From the NCBI GenBank assembly GCA_030141605.1, contig JAQGDQ010001003.1, forward strand, positions 7,176 to 71,175: 64,000 nucleotides of DNA, written 5' to 3'. Both the position numbers and the translations under genes were made by a program. The DNA is from Tubiluchus corallicola. Lineage: Eukaryota; Animalia; Priapulida. Positions within the stretch are counted from its first letter, which is position 1. Each line of letters opens with the position of its first letter. Positions 63,524 to 64,000 of the stretch are shown one piece after another. Under the pieces are notes generated by a model, which was not told the origin of the DNA, searched no databases, and saw nothing but the letters and a program-made list of their open reading frames with translations.

Positions 63524-64000
63524 GGGAGTAAAGTTACCATGACCTCAGTAACACAATACACCCAACAGCCATCGTCTCACAGACCAGACTACTCAATGTC
63601 AATCCTGCATGCTACTCGGTAAGAAAAGAACACAGAATGCCCAAAGCATTTTGTTTGGTAAACATTGTAGCGGCGTCCTCCTTTACCAGACAAACTTAAA
63701 TCTGCGGCTGAAAAGATCATTGCAGGCTTAGTGACACAAATTGCACAGATTCCAGTAAAGAGAAATGAACTAAAACAGGAAGAATTATGTTTCCAATGGA
63801 TTTGCGGTTTTCCTCATCAGCTTGCTCCACCAATAAAAATTATTTATCATATTATCAGTGTTGCGTGTTTTTGTAATAGTTAAAACGAGAAGTTTACATA
63901 CAATTCAGGGCATGAAGTCATAGTAAAATTACATTATGTGAATAAAATTTCCTGGCTAAAACAGGATATGTGCATAAAAACATACGTTCAAGACAATTGC
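63524..64000 (-). repeat. Right arm of the long inverted repeat (truncated by the window end)
   Basis: gggagtaaagttacc...caagacaattgc is the reverse complement of 58607-59083. Confidence 0.95.

Overview
AT-rich, intron-rich genomic DNA from an animal, probably an invertebrate; the taxon cannot be fixed from this window. Ten + strand exons (1260-18890) splice in frame with GT-AG boundaries. The first nine encode spectrin-type repeats colinear with SESTD1, and the tenth is a 3.1-kb acidic, low-complexity exon ending in a perfect splice donor. Downstream are the first three coding exons of a CCDC141 (CAMDI)/zormin-like protein. Exon 1 (25608-25760) and exon 2 (49962-50084) are on +, but exon 3 (60856-61050) is on the MINUS strand. 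Exon 3 sits in a 4440-bp spacer between two apparently identical inverted arms of at least 477 bp (58607-59083 and 63524-64000), and the right arm runs off the window. This is either a fold-back/inversion (real or assembly artefact) or a split-orientation gene. The SESTD1-like then CCDC141-like order matches the vertebrate SESTD1-CCDC141-TTN cluster, and the splice phases allow one fused transcript. The introns are packed with mini/microsatellites, MITEs (pogo/Tigger-like, Harbinger-like and unclassified), antisense LINE 3' ends and candidate regulatory islands (MEF2+CArG, RFX X-box). Most long ORFs in the supplied track are repeat artefacts. Homology calls come from recalled protein sequences, not from a search.
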